Below, one piece after another: positions 14,206 through 23,388 of a DNA stretch of 40,969 nucleotides. Every line of letters starts with the position of its first letter. The first letter of the stretch is position 1. Made by a program: the position numbers and the translations under genes. Source of the DNA: Candidatus Staskawiczbacteria bacterium RIFCSPLOWO2_01_FULL_43_17b (GTDB taxonomy: Bacteria > Patescibacteriota > Minisyncoccia > Minisyncoccales > Staskawiczbacteraceae); the NCBI GenBank assembly GCA_001820305.1, contig MHPC01000002.1, forward strand, positions 1 through 40,969, in the 5' to 3' direction. The notes under the pieces were generated by a model. The model had not been told where the DNA came from and did not search any database. It saw nothing but the letters and a program-made list of their open reading frames with translations.

Positions 14206-14541
14206 ATGAATAAAATAATAATAATAATAATACTATCATTGATTGGTTTGGCGCTTATTGTTGGGGCCGGTTTTTATTTTTACGCCAGCGTGTTTCCAAA
14301 ATCCCAGGTGGAAAATGTAAATGGGGGGCTTAACACCCAAATGCCCCAAGAAAACGATTCTGACGCCCCGACCGTCGAGGTAGAGGCAGAGGTTAGGACT
14401 GAGCCTGCCAGCGGCGGCGGGTTAACGATTTGCGCGGATCAATGCGGGGATGGCATTTGCCAGGACAGGGACGCGTATTGTAATAGTTTGAATTGTATTT
14501 GCATAGAAAACTCCAAAGAATGCCCACAAGATTGTAAATAA
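14206..14541 (+). CDS. small secreted/membrane-anchored Cys-rich protein (hypothetical)
   Basis: N-terminal hydrophobic IIIIIILSLIGLALIVGAGFYFY; C-terminal CADQCGDGICQ...CNSLNCICIENSKECPQDC; no obvious SD; starts 8 nt after tRNA 3' repeat. Confidence 0.5.
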   Translation: MNKIIIIIILSLIGLALIVGAGFYFYASVFPKSQVENVNGGLNTQMPQENDSDAPTVEVEAEVRTEPASGGGLTICADQCGDGICQDRDAYCNSLNCICIENSKECPQDCK

Positions 14542-14554
14542 TGGTTTAAAGTTT

Positions 14555-14593
14555 GCCGCCTTTTGCAACCATTGCAAAAGGCGGCGTTTTGTT
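14555..14593 (+). terminator. rho-independent terminator (GCCGCCTTTTGCAA-ccat-TTGCAAAAGGCGGC + GTTTTGTT)
   Basis: perfect 14-bp palindrome followed by T-rich run. Confidence 0.7.
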
Positions 14594-14603
14594 ATACAAT
14601 GAG

Positions 14604-14881
14604 CCTAGGGCGCCAGTTCATATTATAACTTATGGTAGCGAGTAAATTCGGGCAAGATTCAAGGCGCAACGAGGAAACGTATCCTCTGCGATACGTTGAC
14701 GAAGTTGCAACGATGAAGCTTGCCCGAATTCACTCGCCCAAAGGGAAACCAAAAAATGGCTGATTTCTTCGTTTTTCCTCGTCGGCGATACACTGCGGTA
14801 TCGCCTCCTCGGAAGAAACCTTGAAATCATCTCATTTTTTGGCTTCTACCATAAGTCCTAATATGAACTGGCACCCTAGAG
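14604..14881 (+). ncRNA. about 280-nt structured element B (second family member): closing inverted repeat CCTAGGGCGCCAGTTCATATTA...TAATATGAACTGGCACCCTAGAG, inner helix GAATTCGGGCAAG/CTTGCCCGAATTC, conserved ATTCAAGGCGC / GCAACGATGAAG / TGAAAT.AT.TCATTTTTTG
   Basis: alignment with element A shows conserved loops and covarying helices; intergenic between Cys-rich ORF and MBL-fold gene. Confidence 0.55.
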
Positions 14882-14922
14882 CGCGAAAGTTAAATTTTGG
14901 CGCTTATCCTAATCTCAATCCC

Positions 14923-15669
14923 ATGGCCAAAGTGAAAGTCTTGGTGCAAGGGTACACGAATGCGGATTCAAAAGAAGTAATAGGACATGAAAAAACTTGT
15001 CCTACTATTACATTAGTGGTGGACAAGGGTATTGTCATGGTGGTGGATCCGGGGGCCTTGGATAATCAAAAAATCCTGGTTGACGCCCTGGCGCGCGAAG
15101 GCTATTTGGTTGACGATGTGAATATAGTTTGCATTACCCATTCCCACGCGCACCATTACATGAATGTGGGGATGTTTCAAAAAGCCAAAGTGTTGGAGTA
15201 TTTTGGCCTTTGGACCGGAGGAATGGTTCAAGACTGGCAGGAAAATTTCAGTGATGATATCCAGATTTTAAAAACCCCGGGGCATGATTATAGCGGGATT
15301 TCGCTTTTTGTAAAAACCCATGAAGGGGTGGTGGCCATTTGTGGAGATGTGTTTTGGAATGAAGACGGCCCCGAGTTTGATATGTATGCCTCTGACCAGA
15401 AGGTATTAAAGCACAGCCGCCAGCTGGTCACACAGATGTCTCATTGGATTATTCCCGGACACGGGGGCATGTATAAAACGAAGCAGTTGTCTTCAATCCC
15501 ACCAAGCGGGGCGGCCAAATCGGAAGCGTCAGTAGCGGGAAGCTGCAAAAAGTGCCACCGGCTGTTTAAAAAAATAACCGATAAATGCATTTGCCAGGAT
15601 TGGTTATGTTATCACTGCTGCGAATGCGAAGCCGACTGCAAGGTGTGCAATTGCAAGGTAAGAAGGTAG
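14923..15669 (+). CDS. metallo-beta-lactamase fold hydrolase with Cys-rich C-terminal tail
   Basis: HxHxDH motif ITHSHAHHY; C-terminal CKKCHRLFKKITDKCICQDWLCYHCCECEADCKVCNCKV; start moved to ATG 14923 because upstream part of the 14821 ORF lies inside element B. Confidence 0.65.
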   Translation: MAKVKVLVQGYTNADSKEVIGHEKTCPTITLVVDKGIVMVVDPGALDNQKILVDALAREGYLVDDVNIVCITHSHAHHYMNVGMFQKAKVLEYFGLWTGGMVQDWQENFSDDIQILKTPGHDYSGISLFVKTHEGVVAICGDVFWNEDGPEFDMYASDQKVLKHSRQLVTQMSHWIIPGHGGMYKTKQLSSIPPSGAAKSEASVAGSCKKCHRLFKKITDKCICQDWLCYHCCECEADCKVCNCKVRR

Positions 15670-15760
15670 TTTATTGGGGTCTAGCGTCTAGGGTATAGGG
15701 TATAGTAAAACGGCGTACGTCGTGACTAGCCCCTAGCCCCTATCCCCTAAACCCTCAAGA
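15670..15760. repeat. intra-operon palindromic repeat (GGGGTCTAGCGTCTAGGGTATAGGG.../...CCCCTAGCCCCTATCCCCTAAACCC)
   Basis: same architecture as 5226-5313 (TAGGG unit arms, central CGTACG hairpin); fills spacer between MBL gene stop and DUF167 ATG. Confidence 0.65.
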
Positions 15761-15982
15761 ATGAAGATCATTATCAAAGCCAAGCCGGGTTCAAGAGAAG
15801 ACAAGATAGAAAAAGTAGATGAAGCTAATTACATTGTTTATGTGACGGCTCCGCCCATTGACGGCAAGGCCAACGCGGCTATTATTAAGTTACTGGCGGC
15901 GCATTTTGACGTGAGCCAATCGTTGATAGAAATCATTTCCGGCCACATGGCGCGGGTGAAAGTAGTAGAAATAAATAACTAA
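15761..15982 (+). CDS. DUF167/YggU (UPF0235) family protein
   Basis: 73 aa; IIIKAKPGSREDKIE...YIVYVTAPPIDGKANAAIIKLLAAHF pattern typical of YggU. Confidence 0.65.
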   Translation: MKIIIKAKPGSREDKIEKVDEANYIVYVTAPPIDGKANAAIIKLLAAHFDVSQSLIEIISGHMARVKVVEINN

Positions 15983-16053
15983 GGGAGGAAGGGTGTAGTA
16001 AAATCAGGGTTAACAGCCTTGATTTTTTTTGCGCTCAGAGTACAATACTGGTA

Positions 16054-17472
16054 ATGAAATCTAAAAAAGTGAAGAAAAGTAAGAAGGTTAGGAAAACGCC
16101 AAAGTTGCGAAAGAAAGTTTTGATTAAGAAAAAAATAACCAAGGTTAAGGAATTTTCTTCACAAGAGTTTTTTAAGGCGAAAATCCGGGTGATTGGTATT
16201 GGCGGTGGGGGCGGATCTATTGTTTCTGAAATCGGCCGGTCTTTGGGCAAAGCATCGTTTGTTATTGCTGATACGGATGTGCGGGCTTTTAAAAAGAGGG
16301 GCGGCATTAAACAATTTTTGTTCGGGCAGGAAATGACCCACGGCCTAGGAACTGGCTTGAATATTGACTTGGCAAAAGCGGCTGCCGAAAGTGAAAAAGA
16401 AAAAATCACCAAATTATTTGAAGGCCAAGACATTGTTATTTTTATCGCCTGCTTGGGCGGGGGGCTGGGATCGGGCGCCAGCCAGGTGTTTGCTAAAATT
16501 GCCAAAGATTTTGGCGGAATTTCTTTTGGTATTTTCACCCTGCCGTTTAAGTTTGAAGGAAAAAACAAATTAGCCATCGCCCAAAAGGCGCTGCGCGAAT
16601 TGCGGGCATCTTTGAATGTGTCCATCACCATTCCCAATGAGCGGATTTTTAAGGTTATTGAAGCCAATACCGCCATCACCGATGCCTTTTCCATGGTCAA
16701 TAAAAGTTTGATAGAAAGCCTGGAAAGCCTCATAGATTTGATTTACAGCCCAGGTGTTATTAATATTGATTTTGCGGATTTGAAGGCCATTTTGCAAGGC
16801 ACGGGAAACCTGGCATTTTTAAATACGGTTGAGGCTTCGGGTAAAGACCGGGCCGAAAAAATCGTGGAGGCGGTGCTCAGCAATCCCCTGTACCAAAACA
16901 ATAATTTCACTGTCCAAAAAGTGTTGTTTAACATTGCCAGTTCCGGGAATGTAAGCATGTTTGAGGTGGATAAAATAAGCCGGGCCATCGGGGCGCATCA
17001 CGAAGGTGCCAAAACCATTTTCGGCATTTCCAAAGAAGCAAGCTTGAAGCAGAAGATAAAGACAACGTTGCTGATGACGGGGCCAAGCGCCGGAGCGCCG
17101 GCGCCGCAGAAACCCGCGGAAATTAACGCAAAACCACGCAGGAAACAAACTAAGAAAAAAACAAAAAAAGTAGCGGCTAAGGTTGTCAAGAAAGCGCTCA
17201 AAAAGTTAAAGAAGAAAAAAATCATACCCAAAAAACAAGAAAAGACGCGGGCAGTTGAAGGACAGATGGTGCCGGTATTTGCCCCCTCACTGGTGCCGGA
17301 AAGCGCCGCCAAGCTGGTGGCCATTGAAGAATTAGAAAAAAAGGCCATTCGCCGCAACGCCTTGGAAATTAAGGAAGCCGAGGCTCTGGAAGAACAAAAA
17401 AAATCCCAGCAGGAAAAAGAGTGGGAAATACCGGCCTTTTTACGCAAAATCAAAATTAATAAAGTTAAGTAA
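16054..17472 (+). CDS. ftsZ: cell division protein FtsZ with Lys-rich N- and C-terminal extensions
   Basis: tubulin signature IGIGGGGGSIV, LGGGLGSGAS (GGGTGTG-like) and T7 loop region; 472 aa. Confidence 0.9.
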   Translation: MKSKKVKKSKKVRKTPKLRKKVLIKKKITKVKEFSSQEFFKAKIRVIGIGGGGGSIVSEIGRSLGKASFVIADTDVRAFKKRGGIKQFLFGQEMTHGLGTGLNIDLAKAAAESEKEKITKLFEGQDIVIFIACLGGGLGSGASQVFAKIAKDFGGISFGIFTLPFKFEGKNKLAIAQKALRELRASLNVSITIPNERIFKVIEANTAITDAFSMVNKSLIESLESLIDLIYSPGVINIDFADLKAILQGTGNLAFLNTVEASGKDRAEKIVEAVLSNPLYQNNNFTVQKVLFNIASSGNVSMFEVDKISRAIGAHHEGAKTIFGISKEASLKQKIKTTLLMTGPSAGAPAPQKPAEINAKPRRKQTKKKTKKVAAKVVKKALKKLKKKKIIPKKQEKTRAVEGQMVPVFAPSLVPESAAKLVAIEELEKKAIRRNALEIKEAEALEEQKKSQQEKEWEIPAFLRKIKINKVK

Positions 17473-18356
17473 TGGATACTCAAGAAATCAAAAAAGTCAT
17501 CATTCCTATCGCGGGCCTGGGGACCCGGTTTTTACCCCTGTCTTTGGCTATTTCCAAAGAGTTTTTCCCGTTGGTGGACAGGCCTATTATCCAGTACGTT
17601 ATTGAAGAGGCTAAAAAATCCGGCATCACGGAAATCATTTTTGTGGTCAGCCCCAAGCAAAAAATGATTCTAAATTACTTGAAAAAAGACCCGGAATTGG
17701 AAAAATTATTGGTAAAACGGAAAAAAGACCAGCAATTAAAAGAATTGAAAGAATTTGAAGCGGTCCTTGATGGTATTTCCTTTTCTTTTGTTAGCCAGAA
17801 AACTCCGCTGGGCGATGGGCACTCCATTTTGCAGGCCGTAAAATTGGCCGCCGGCCAGCCGGTTGCCGTTTCCTTTGGCGATGACGTGGTTGATGCCGCT
17901 GAACCGGCACTGCTTCAATTAATGAACATTTTTAAAACCACCAATGCGCCGGTGATTGCATTAAAATCACTGCCTAAAGACAGCATTCCGGCCTATGGCA
18001 ATGTGGCGGTGGAAAAAATTGCCAGCAATTTGTATAAAATTAAAAAGATTACTGAAAAGCCGCGGCCAGACCAGATCCAGTCAAACTTGGTGGTGGTGGG
18101 CAAATATATTTTAACTCCGGAAGTATTTGAATATCTAAAAAAGACCCGGCCCTCCCAAAAAGGAGAAATCATTTTGGGCGAAGCATTTTCAAAAATGCTG
18201 GACGACGGCTTGCCCATTTATGGTTGTGAAATAAAAGGGGAGTGGTTGGAATGTGGCGACAAGCTAAAATGGTTAAAGTCATTTATTTACATGGCGTTGA
18301 AGGACGAGCGGTTTGGCAAAGAGTTGAAAGAATACTTGAAAAACATGAAATTTTAG
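17472..18356 (+). CDS. galU: UTP--glucose-1-phosphate uridylyltransferase
   Basis: N-terminal IPIAGLGTRFLPLSLAISKEFFPLVDRPIIQYVIEE nucleotidyltransferase motif. Confidence 0.8.
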   Translation: MDTQEIKKVIIPIAGLGTRFLPLSLAISKEFFPLVDRPIIQYVIEEAKKSGITEIIFVVSPKQKMILNYLKKDPELEKLLVKRKKDQQLKELKEFEAVLDGISFSFVSQKTPLGDGHSILQAVKLAAGQPVAVSFGDDVVDAAEPALLQLMNIFKTTNAPVIALKSLPKDSIPAYGNVAVEKIASNLYKIKKITEKPRPDQIQSNLVVVGKYILTPEVFEYLKKTRPSQKGEIILGEAFSKMLDDGLPIYGCEIKGEWLECGDKLKWLKSFIYMALKDERFGKELKEYLKNMKF

Positions 18357-18366
18357 GGTGGGGGGC

Positions 18367-18395
18367 TTGACAGGGTTTCATGGGGGTGCTATGAT
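18367..18395 (+). promoter_or_regulatory. consensus sigma70 promoter (TTGACA - 17 nt - TATGAT)
   Basis: perfect -35, 17-nt spacer, near-consensus -10; 490 bp upstream of next CDS. Confidence 0.6.
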
Positions 18396-18402
18396 ATGAA
18401 CA

Positions 18403-18715
18403 TAAGCACATTTTAGGGTTATTGCCTCGGAACACGTACTTGTATCTTATCAAAAGGCGTGATAGGGTCTGAGTACGTGTTTCGAGGACTGATTTGATTT
18501 GTTGGTATTTGTTGATTTGGTTTGTTGATATTTGGTAAGGATTGGTGGGCTCCAGACATCATCGCCGCGACCGCTTCTACGAGAACCGCCGCCGCACCGT
18601 CTCGCACCCGCCGATTCCATATGGGACATAGTGTTTTGCATCACATGAAGTATGCAACGCGCTCTTGCGCAAACTTGTCCCAAGGGGTAGATTGCTTAAC
18701 CGCATCTGCCCCATT
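18403..18715 (+). ncRNA. candidate ncRNA / long structured leader (15-bp hairpin CCTCGGAACACGTAC...GTACGTGTTTCGAGG, GATTTG/GTTGAT repeats, GC-rich block CCGCCGCCGCACCGTCTCGCACCCGCCG)
   Basis: strong promoter, no credible ORF in any frame, atypical composition; weak GGGG...CCCC+T-run at about 18680-18715. Confidence 0.35.
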
Positions 18716-18885
18716 TTTATTGCACAAAAACTTTTCATTTTTTTGGTATTAGTGTAAAATGGATAAGATAGATAATATATGCAAAGCATATAATCAATCG
18801 TGCGGTCGGCATCCAAAACTGTTTGCATAAAAATTAAAATCCGTTTTAATTTTTATGCTTCCAGTCTCGCCTGCCTCCCTTACTC

Positions 18886-19896
18886 ATGATTATGAAAACT
18901 GCGTTTTTTGAAGTGAAAGAGTGGGAAAAGGAATATTTACAAAATCATTTCAGCCCGGCTGAGGCGGTTTTTTTTGCCGAAAAACTTTCGGTTGAAAATG
19001 CGGCTTTGGCCAAAGATTGCCGGATTGTTTCCGTGTTTGTGGATTCCGCCGTTGATGCCCATGTGTTGGCGGCGCTGGCGGATCTGAAAATGGTGGCGGT
19101 GCGGGCCACCGGTTATGACAATGTTGACGTGGCTTATTGTAAAGAAAAGGGGATTACGGTTTGTAATGTGCCGTTTTACGGCGAAAACACGGTAGCGGAA
19201 CACACCTTTGGTTTGATTTTGGCCCTTTCGCGCAAAATGTACCAATCGGTTGATAAGGTGAAAGAAGAGGGTTTTGCGGTTGCCATTGACGAATTCCGCG
19301 GGTTTGACCTGAAAGGAAAAGTCTTGGGCGTGGTGGGCATGGGCCACATTGGCCAGCACGTGGCGCGCATGGCGCAGGGTTTTGAAATGAAGGTGGTGGC
19401 CTTTGATGCCCATGAAGATAAAAAATTGGCCAAAAAATTGGGGTTTGTTTATGTGAGCCTGGAAGAATTATTAAAGTCTGCGGACATTATCACTTTGCAT
19501 GTACCCTATAATGAACACACACGCCACTTAATCAATTCGCAAAATATCCACATTATTAAAAAGGGGGCGTATATCATCAACACCGCCCGCGGGGGCATTA
19601 TTGAAACCGCGGCGTTGGTTGAGGCGTTGGCGGAAGGAATTATTGTCGGCGCGGGGCTGGATGTGTTGGAAGAAGAAGCGTTTATCAAAGAAGAAGCCCA
19701 CTTACTTTCAAAAAATTATTCCCAAAAGAGCGATATGAAAACCATGCTCCAAAACCACATTTTAATGGACCGCAAAAATGTAATTATTACCCCGCACAAT
19801 GCTTTTAATTCAACGGAAGCCCTGGAAAGGATACTTGAGACTACCGTGGAGAATGTTAAATCATTCATAGAAGGAAAATCTGTTAATGTGGTATGA
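18886..19896 (+). CDS. D-isomer-specific 2-hydroxyacid dehydrogenase (NAD-binding)
   Basis: GVVGMGHIGQHVARMAQGFEMKVVAFD Rossmann motif; catalytic R/E/H context (ITLHVPYNEHTRHL, NTARGGII). Confidence 0.8.
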   Translation: MIMKTAFFEVKEWEKEYLQNHFSPAEAVFFAEKLSVENAALAKDCRIVSVFVDSAVDAHVLAALADLKMVAVRATGYDNVDVAYCKEKGITVCNVPFYGENTVAEHTFGLILALSRKMYQSVDKVKEEGFAVAIDEFRGFDLKGKVLGVVGMGHIGQHVARMAQGFEMKVVAFDAHEDKKLAKKLGFVYVSLEELLKSADIITLHVPYNEHTRHLINSQNIHIIKKGAYIINTARGGIIETAALVEALAEGIIVGAGLDVLEEEAFIKEEAHLLSKNYSQKSDMKTMLQNHILMDRKNVIITPHNAFNSTEALERILETTVENVKSFIEGKSVNVV

Positions 19897-19912
19897 GAAT
19901 GTAAAATGCAAA

Positions 19913-19998
19913 TATCAAAATGGAAAATGACAGTTCAAAATTCAAAATGATTCGGTTGTAAAGTTTTACATTTTACATTGTCACTTTCCATTTTGATT
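19913..19998 (+). terminator. long imperfect palindrome (ATCAAAATGGAAAATGACAG...TTGTCACTTTCCATTTTGAT) followed by T-run; probable terminator
   Basis: about 20-bp arms, then TTTTTAAAC; between dehydrogenase stop and trxB start. Confidence 0.4.
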
Positions 19999-20017
19999 TT
20001 TAAACTTTAAATTATTT

Positions 20018-20956
20018 ATGTACGATCTCATCATCATTGGCGCGGGGCCGGCCGGAGTGGCAGCCGGGATTTATGCAGTGCGTCAGCAGCTAAGCATTTT
20101 GGTTATTTCAAAAGATATTGGCGGACAAGTGGCAAAAAAAGCCGTGGATATTGAAAATTATCCGGGATTTGAAAAAATTTCCGGGCCGGATTTGGTTGAA
20201 CTATATAAAAAGCAGATTAAAGCCAACGAGTTGGAGGTTATTACAAATGAAGAGGTAGTCAGTGTTGAAGTAAAAGGTGAAAGAGAAAAGGTGAAAGGAA
20301 ACTTTTTGGTAAAAACAAAATCAGGGAAAATGTATGAATCAATAGCGGTTATCAATACTTCCGGGGCGGAATCAAAATTAATTAATGTGCCGGGCGAGGA
20401 GGAATTTTCCGGAAAGGGCGTAAGTTATTGTTCATTGTGCGACGGGCCGGTATTTAAAAATAAAATTGTGGCCGTGGTGGGCGGGGGTAATAACGGTTTT
20501 GAGTCGGCGTTATTTTTATCAAACTATGTGCCTAAAATTTATATTTTAGAGTATAACGATAAAGTAAACGCCGATGCTGAAAACCAAGAATTAGTTGCTA
20601 AAAATCCGAATATTGAAATTATTACTAATGCACAAGTGGCCAGAATTGAAGGGAAAGTGTTTGTAAATGCCATTGTTTATAAAGATAGAGTTTCGGGTGA
20701 GGAAAAAAAACTGAATGTGGCAGGCGTGTTTGTAGAAATTGGTTACAGCCCGGCTACTTCATTTTTGAACGGTTTGGTTGAGCTGAACGAAAAACAGGAA
20801 GTGATATTTAATCCGGAAACGTTAGAAACAAAAACCCCCGGCCTTTTTTCAGCAGGGGATTGCAACGTCAGCCGGTACAAACAAATTGTCATGGCCTCCG
20901 GCGAAGGCGCCAAAGCGGCACTTTCGGCTTACAACTATATCAAGAAAAATAAATAA
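20018..20956 (+). CDS. trxB: thioredoxin-disulfide reductase
   Basis: FAD motif IIIGAGPAGVAAGIYA, redox CSLCDG, NADPH motif VVGGGNNGFESA, C-terminal GDCNVSRYKQIV. Confidence 0.85.
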   Translation: MYDLIIIGAGPAGVAAGIYAVRQQLSILVISKDIGGQVAKKAVDIENYPGFEKISGPDLVELYKKQIKANELEVITNEEVVSVEVKGEREKVKGNFLVKTKSGKMYESIAVINTSGAESKLINVPGEEEFSGKGVSYCSLCDGPVFKNKIVAVVGGGNNGFESALFLSNYVPKIYILEYNDKVNADAENQELVAKNPNIEIITNAQVARIEGKVFVNAIVYKDRVSGEEKKLNVAGVFVEIGYSPATSFLNGLVELNEKQEVIFNPETLETKTPGLFSAGDCNVSRYKQIVMASGEGAKAALSAYNYIKKNK

Positions 20957-21389
20957 GGGAGCCGTAGCGAACACTTATACCCGACCTTGAATGCCGAAGA
21001 CAATAAATAAAAGGGTATAAAAAATCCCCGAGTCGTGATATACGCTCGGGGGCTTGAGAGTGGTTATTGCCACTCACTTCTTGGGATAAAGCCATTGTTC
21101 CTACCTTCTTTTTCTCATACATTCTGTGCATAGGTAATGATTCTCTGAAGCATCTCTGGAGCAGGCTACGCATTTTCTGGGCGAAAGGAAGTAGGATAGA
21201 ACTACCCAAACAGCCAATATAATCCACACCATCAAGCATGTCCATTCCATGATATTTCCTCTTGGTAAGGGTTCAAAACATCTTCGGTACTTGTAGTAGA
21301 TATTACTATTAATTAGTAAAATGTCAATAGTTGAGTGAATCTGTCAAGTTTGGTACACTTCATATATTAAAAATGAATATTGAGGAAAA

Positions 21390-22616
21390 ATGTCAAAGAT
21401 AACAGAAATTATTGCGAAAGAAATTAAAGATTCGCGCGGGAAACCGACCGTAGAGGTGCATTTAACTACCAAAGATGGGACATTTGTGGCTAGTTGCCCT
21501 TCAGGGGCTTCAACGGGAATTCATGAGGCTTTGGAATTGCGCGATGATGATGGGCGGGGAGTTAGCAAGGCTATTGCCAATGTCAATGAAATTATTGCGC
21601 CAAAGTTAATTGGCAAAGACCCCAGCAACCAGAAAGAATTAGATGAATTGATGTTGGCGCTTGACGGCACGCCTAATAAATCAAAGTTAGGAGCCAATGC
21701 AATACTTCCTGTATCGATGGCTGTTTGTAGATCCGGCGCCGCAGCGAAGAAAATATCGCTCTATCAGCATTTGGCTGATATTGCGGGATTTAAGATTCAA
21801 GATTTAGGATTTAAGATGCCTTTGCCAAGCTTTAACATTTTAAACGGCGGGGCGCATGCTAAAAATGAATTGGAATTGCAAGAGTTTATGGTGGTGCCCA
21901 TGAAAAAAACCTTTCAGGAAAATTTGGTGCTGGGAAGCGAAGTGTTTAATAAATTAACAGAACTGTTAAAACAAACTCCTGCTGGCGTGCCGGAAATGGG
22001 TGACGAAGGGGGATATGCTCCGCAAATTGCCACGGCTGAACAGGCGTTGATGCTGATTAAAAGCGCTATTGGTGACCACAAAGATGTAAAAATTGCACTG
22101 GACTGCGCCGCTTCGGAATTTTACCGTGATGGAAAATATGAAGTGGAAGAAGGAAAAGCCTTGAGCCGCAATGAAATGATTGATTTTTACAAAGATATTG
22201 TAGTGCGCTATCCGATTGTTTCTATTGAAGATGCCTTTGCCGAAGAAGATTGGAATGGATTCCAGGAAATCCGCAAAGCGTTGCCCGAAACCATTATTAT
22301 TGGTGACGATTTGACGACAACCAATGTGATAAAAATTAAGGAAGCGGAAAGCAAAAAAGCCTGCAATGGCATTATTATCAAGGTCAACCAAATTGGCACG
22401 GTTTCTGAAACCATTGACGCGGTAAAACTGGCGCAAAGCTATGGTTGGAAAATTATGGTCAGCCACAGAAGCGGAGAAACCATGGACAGCTTTATTGCAG
22501 ACTTGGCGGTTGGCGTTGGCGCAGACTTTATCAAATCAGGGGCATACACCAAAGACGTGCGCATTGTAAAATATGATAGGCTTTTGGCGATTGAACAGGA
22601 GTTAAATAAGAAATAA
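21390..22616 (+). CDS. eno: enolase
   Basis: N-terminal ITEIIAKEIKDSRGKPTVEV, SGASTGIHEALELRD, IKVNQIGT(V)SET signature. Confidence 0.9.
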   Translation: MSKITEIIAKEIKDSRGKPTVEVHLTTKDGTFVASCPSGASTGIHEALELRDDDGRGVSKAIANVNEIIAPKLIGKDPSNQKELDELMLALDGTPNKSKLGANAILPVSMAVCRSGAAAKKISLYQHLADIAGFKIQDLGFKMPLPSFNILNGGAHAKNELELQEFMVVPMKKTFQENLVLGSEVFNKLTELLKQTPAGVPEMGDEGGYAPQIATAEQALMLIKSAIGDHKDVKIALDCAASEFYRDGKYEVEEGKALSRNEMIDFYKDIVVRYPIVSIEDAFAEEDWNGFQEIRKALPETIIIGDDLTTTNVIKIKEAESKKACNGIIIKVNQIGTVSETIDAVKLAQSYGWKIMVSHRSGETMDSFIADLAVGVGADFIKSGAYTKDVRIVKYDRLLAIEQELNKK

Positions 22617-22662
22617 AAAACGACCCCGGGTTTTGGAGTCGCCATGCAGTAGTCGGGGGGTA

Positions 22663-22899
22663 TTATGGTTTAAGACTGACTTTTACGAACTTTTTTGCGG
22701 GATCGTAATCAAGAAGAGTAATTTTCGCAAGGAAAACCAACTCTTCAATCTCTTTTCCGCCAAGTGCCCAGTACACTTCATATATGCCCGCAAGCAGATT
22801 ATCGGATGTGCCGACCGGAAGTGTTCCGATGCCAACGATTTCGATGGTGGTATCATGTGGGCAAGGGATTTCCATTAGATTGATTTTATTCAAATCCAT
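22663..22899 (-). CDS. hypothetical protein (78 aa)
   Basis: ATG at 22899 with RBS GAAAGGA upstream (longer GTG-initiated version in ORF track unlikely); no motif recognised. Confidence 0.4.
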   Translation of the reverse strand: MDLNKINLMEIPCPHDTTIEIVGIGTLPVGTSDNLLAGIYEVYWALGGKEIEELVFLAKITLLDYDPAKKFVKVSLKP

Positions 22900-22985
22900 A
22901 GTAGTTTTTCCTTTCAATGAGCGAATGATGGGTAATTTCACTAACCATTATATTATATTAAAATTTAATTTTGTCAAATAACCCC

Positions 22986-23011
22986 AGTCCTGTAGTCCGA
23001 ACCACAGGACT
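22986..23011 (+). promoter_or_regulatory. hairpin AGTCCTGT-AGTCCGAACC-ACAGGACT 8 nt upstream of TrpR-like gene; inverted partner at 23389-23414
   Basis: 26-nt sequences at both ends of the gene are reverse complements of each other (1 mismatch). Confidence 0.5.
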
Positions 23012-23018
23012 AAAATAA

Positions 23019-23372
23019 ATGACAGTCTTTCACCTAAATAAACTGCCAAAAGAAAAACGCATCCAGATGATTGGCGAGTTTTACGATATGGTGGATTCGC
23101 TAAAAGACAGAAATGAAGTGCGGTTATTTTTTAAGAGTCTTTTGAGTGCCGATGAAATAGCTAGTCTTATGAGACGGATAGAAATTGCCATGTTGTTGTC
23201 TTCTGGCCAGAAATACGAGGATATTATCAAAACCATGAAAGTGGGGCGTGATAAAATTTCCAGTGTGCATAAGGCGCTTCTGCAAGATGACAGCGGTTAT
23301 GCTATAATCGTGGAAAGATTAATTGAAAATCGGAAGAAGTGGGTGGAAAAAGTGAAAAAGGATAAAAAATAA
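23019..23372 (+). CDS. TrpR/YerC-YecD-like helix-turn-helix protein (paralog 1)
   Basis: 117 aa; LPKEKRIQMIGEFYDMVDSL...ADEIASLMRRIEIAMLL...KISSVHKALL; paralog at 29769-30200. Confidence 0.6.
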   Translation: MTVFHLNKLPKEKRIQMIGEFYDMVDSLKDRNEVRLFFKSLLSADEIASLMRRIEIAMLLSSGQKYEDIIKTMKVGRDKISSVHKALLQDDSGYAIIVERLIENRKKWVEKVKKDKK

Positions 23373-23388
23373 ATGCCAAAGTAACCGT

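Noticed and set aside
16035-16733. 232-aa minus-strand ORF antisense to ftsZ, and similar antisense ORFs (486-1058, 1537-2166, 6617-6979, 8099-8752, 9728-10396, 21966-22466, 31739-32146, 33461-33973)
   Set aside because: fully overlapped by well-supported genes on the other strand, low-complexity translations, no RBS; typical shadow ORFs.
20957-21389. 101-aa minus-strand ORF 20940-21245 in the trxB-eno spacer
   Set aside because: no RBS, overlaps trxB 3' end, implausible composition; the 430-bp spacer contains only a CCCCGAG...CTCGGGG hairpin and is more likely degenerate non-coding sequence.
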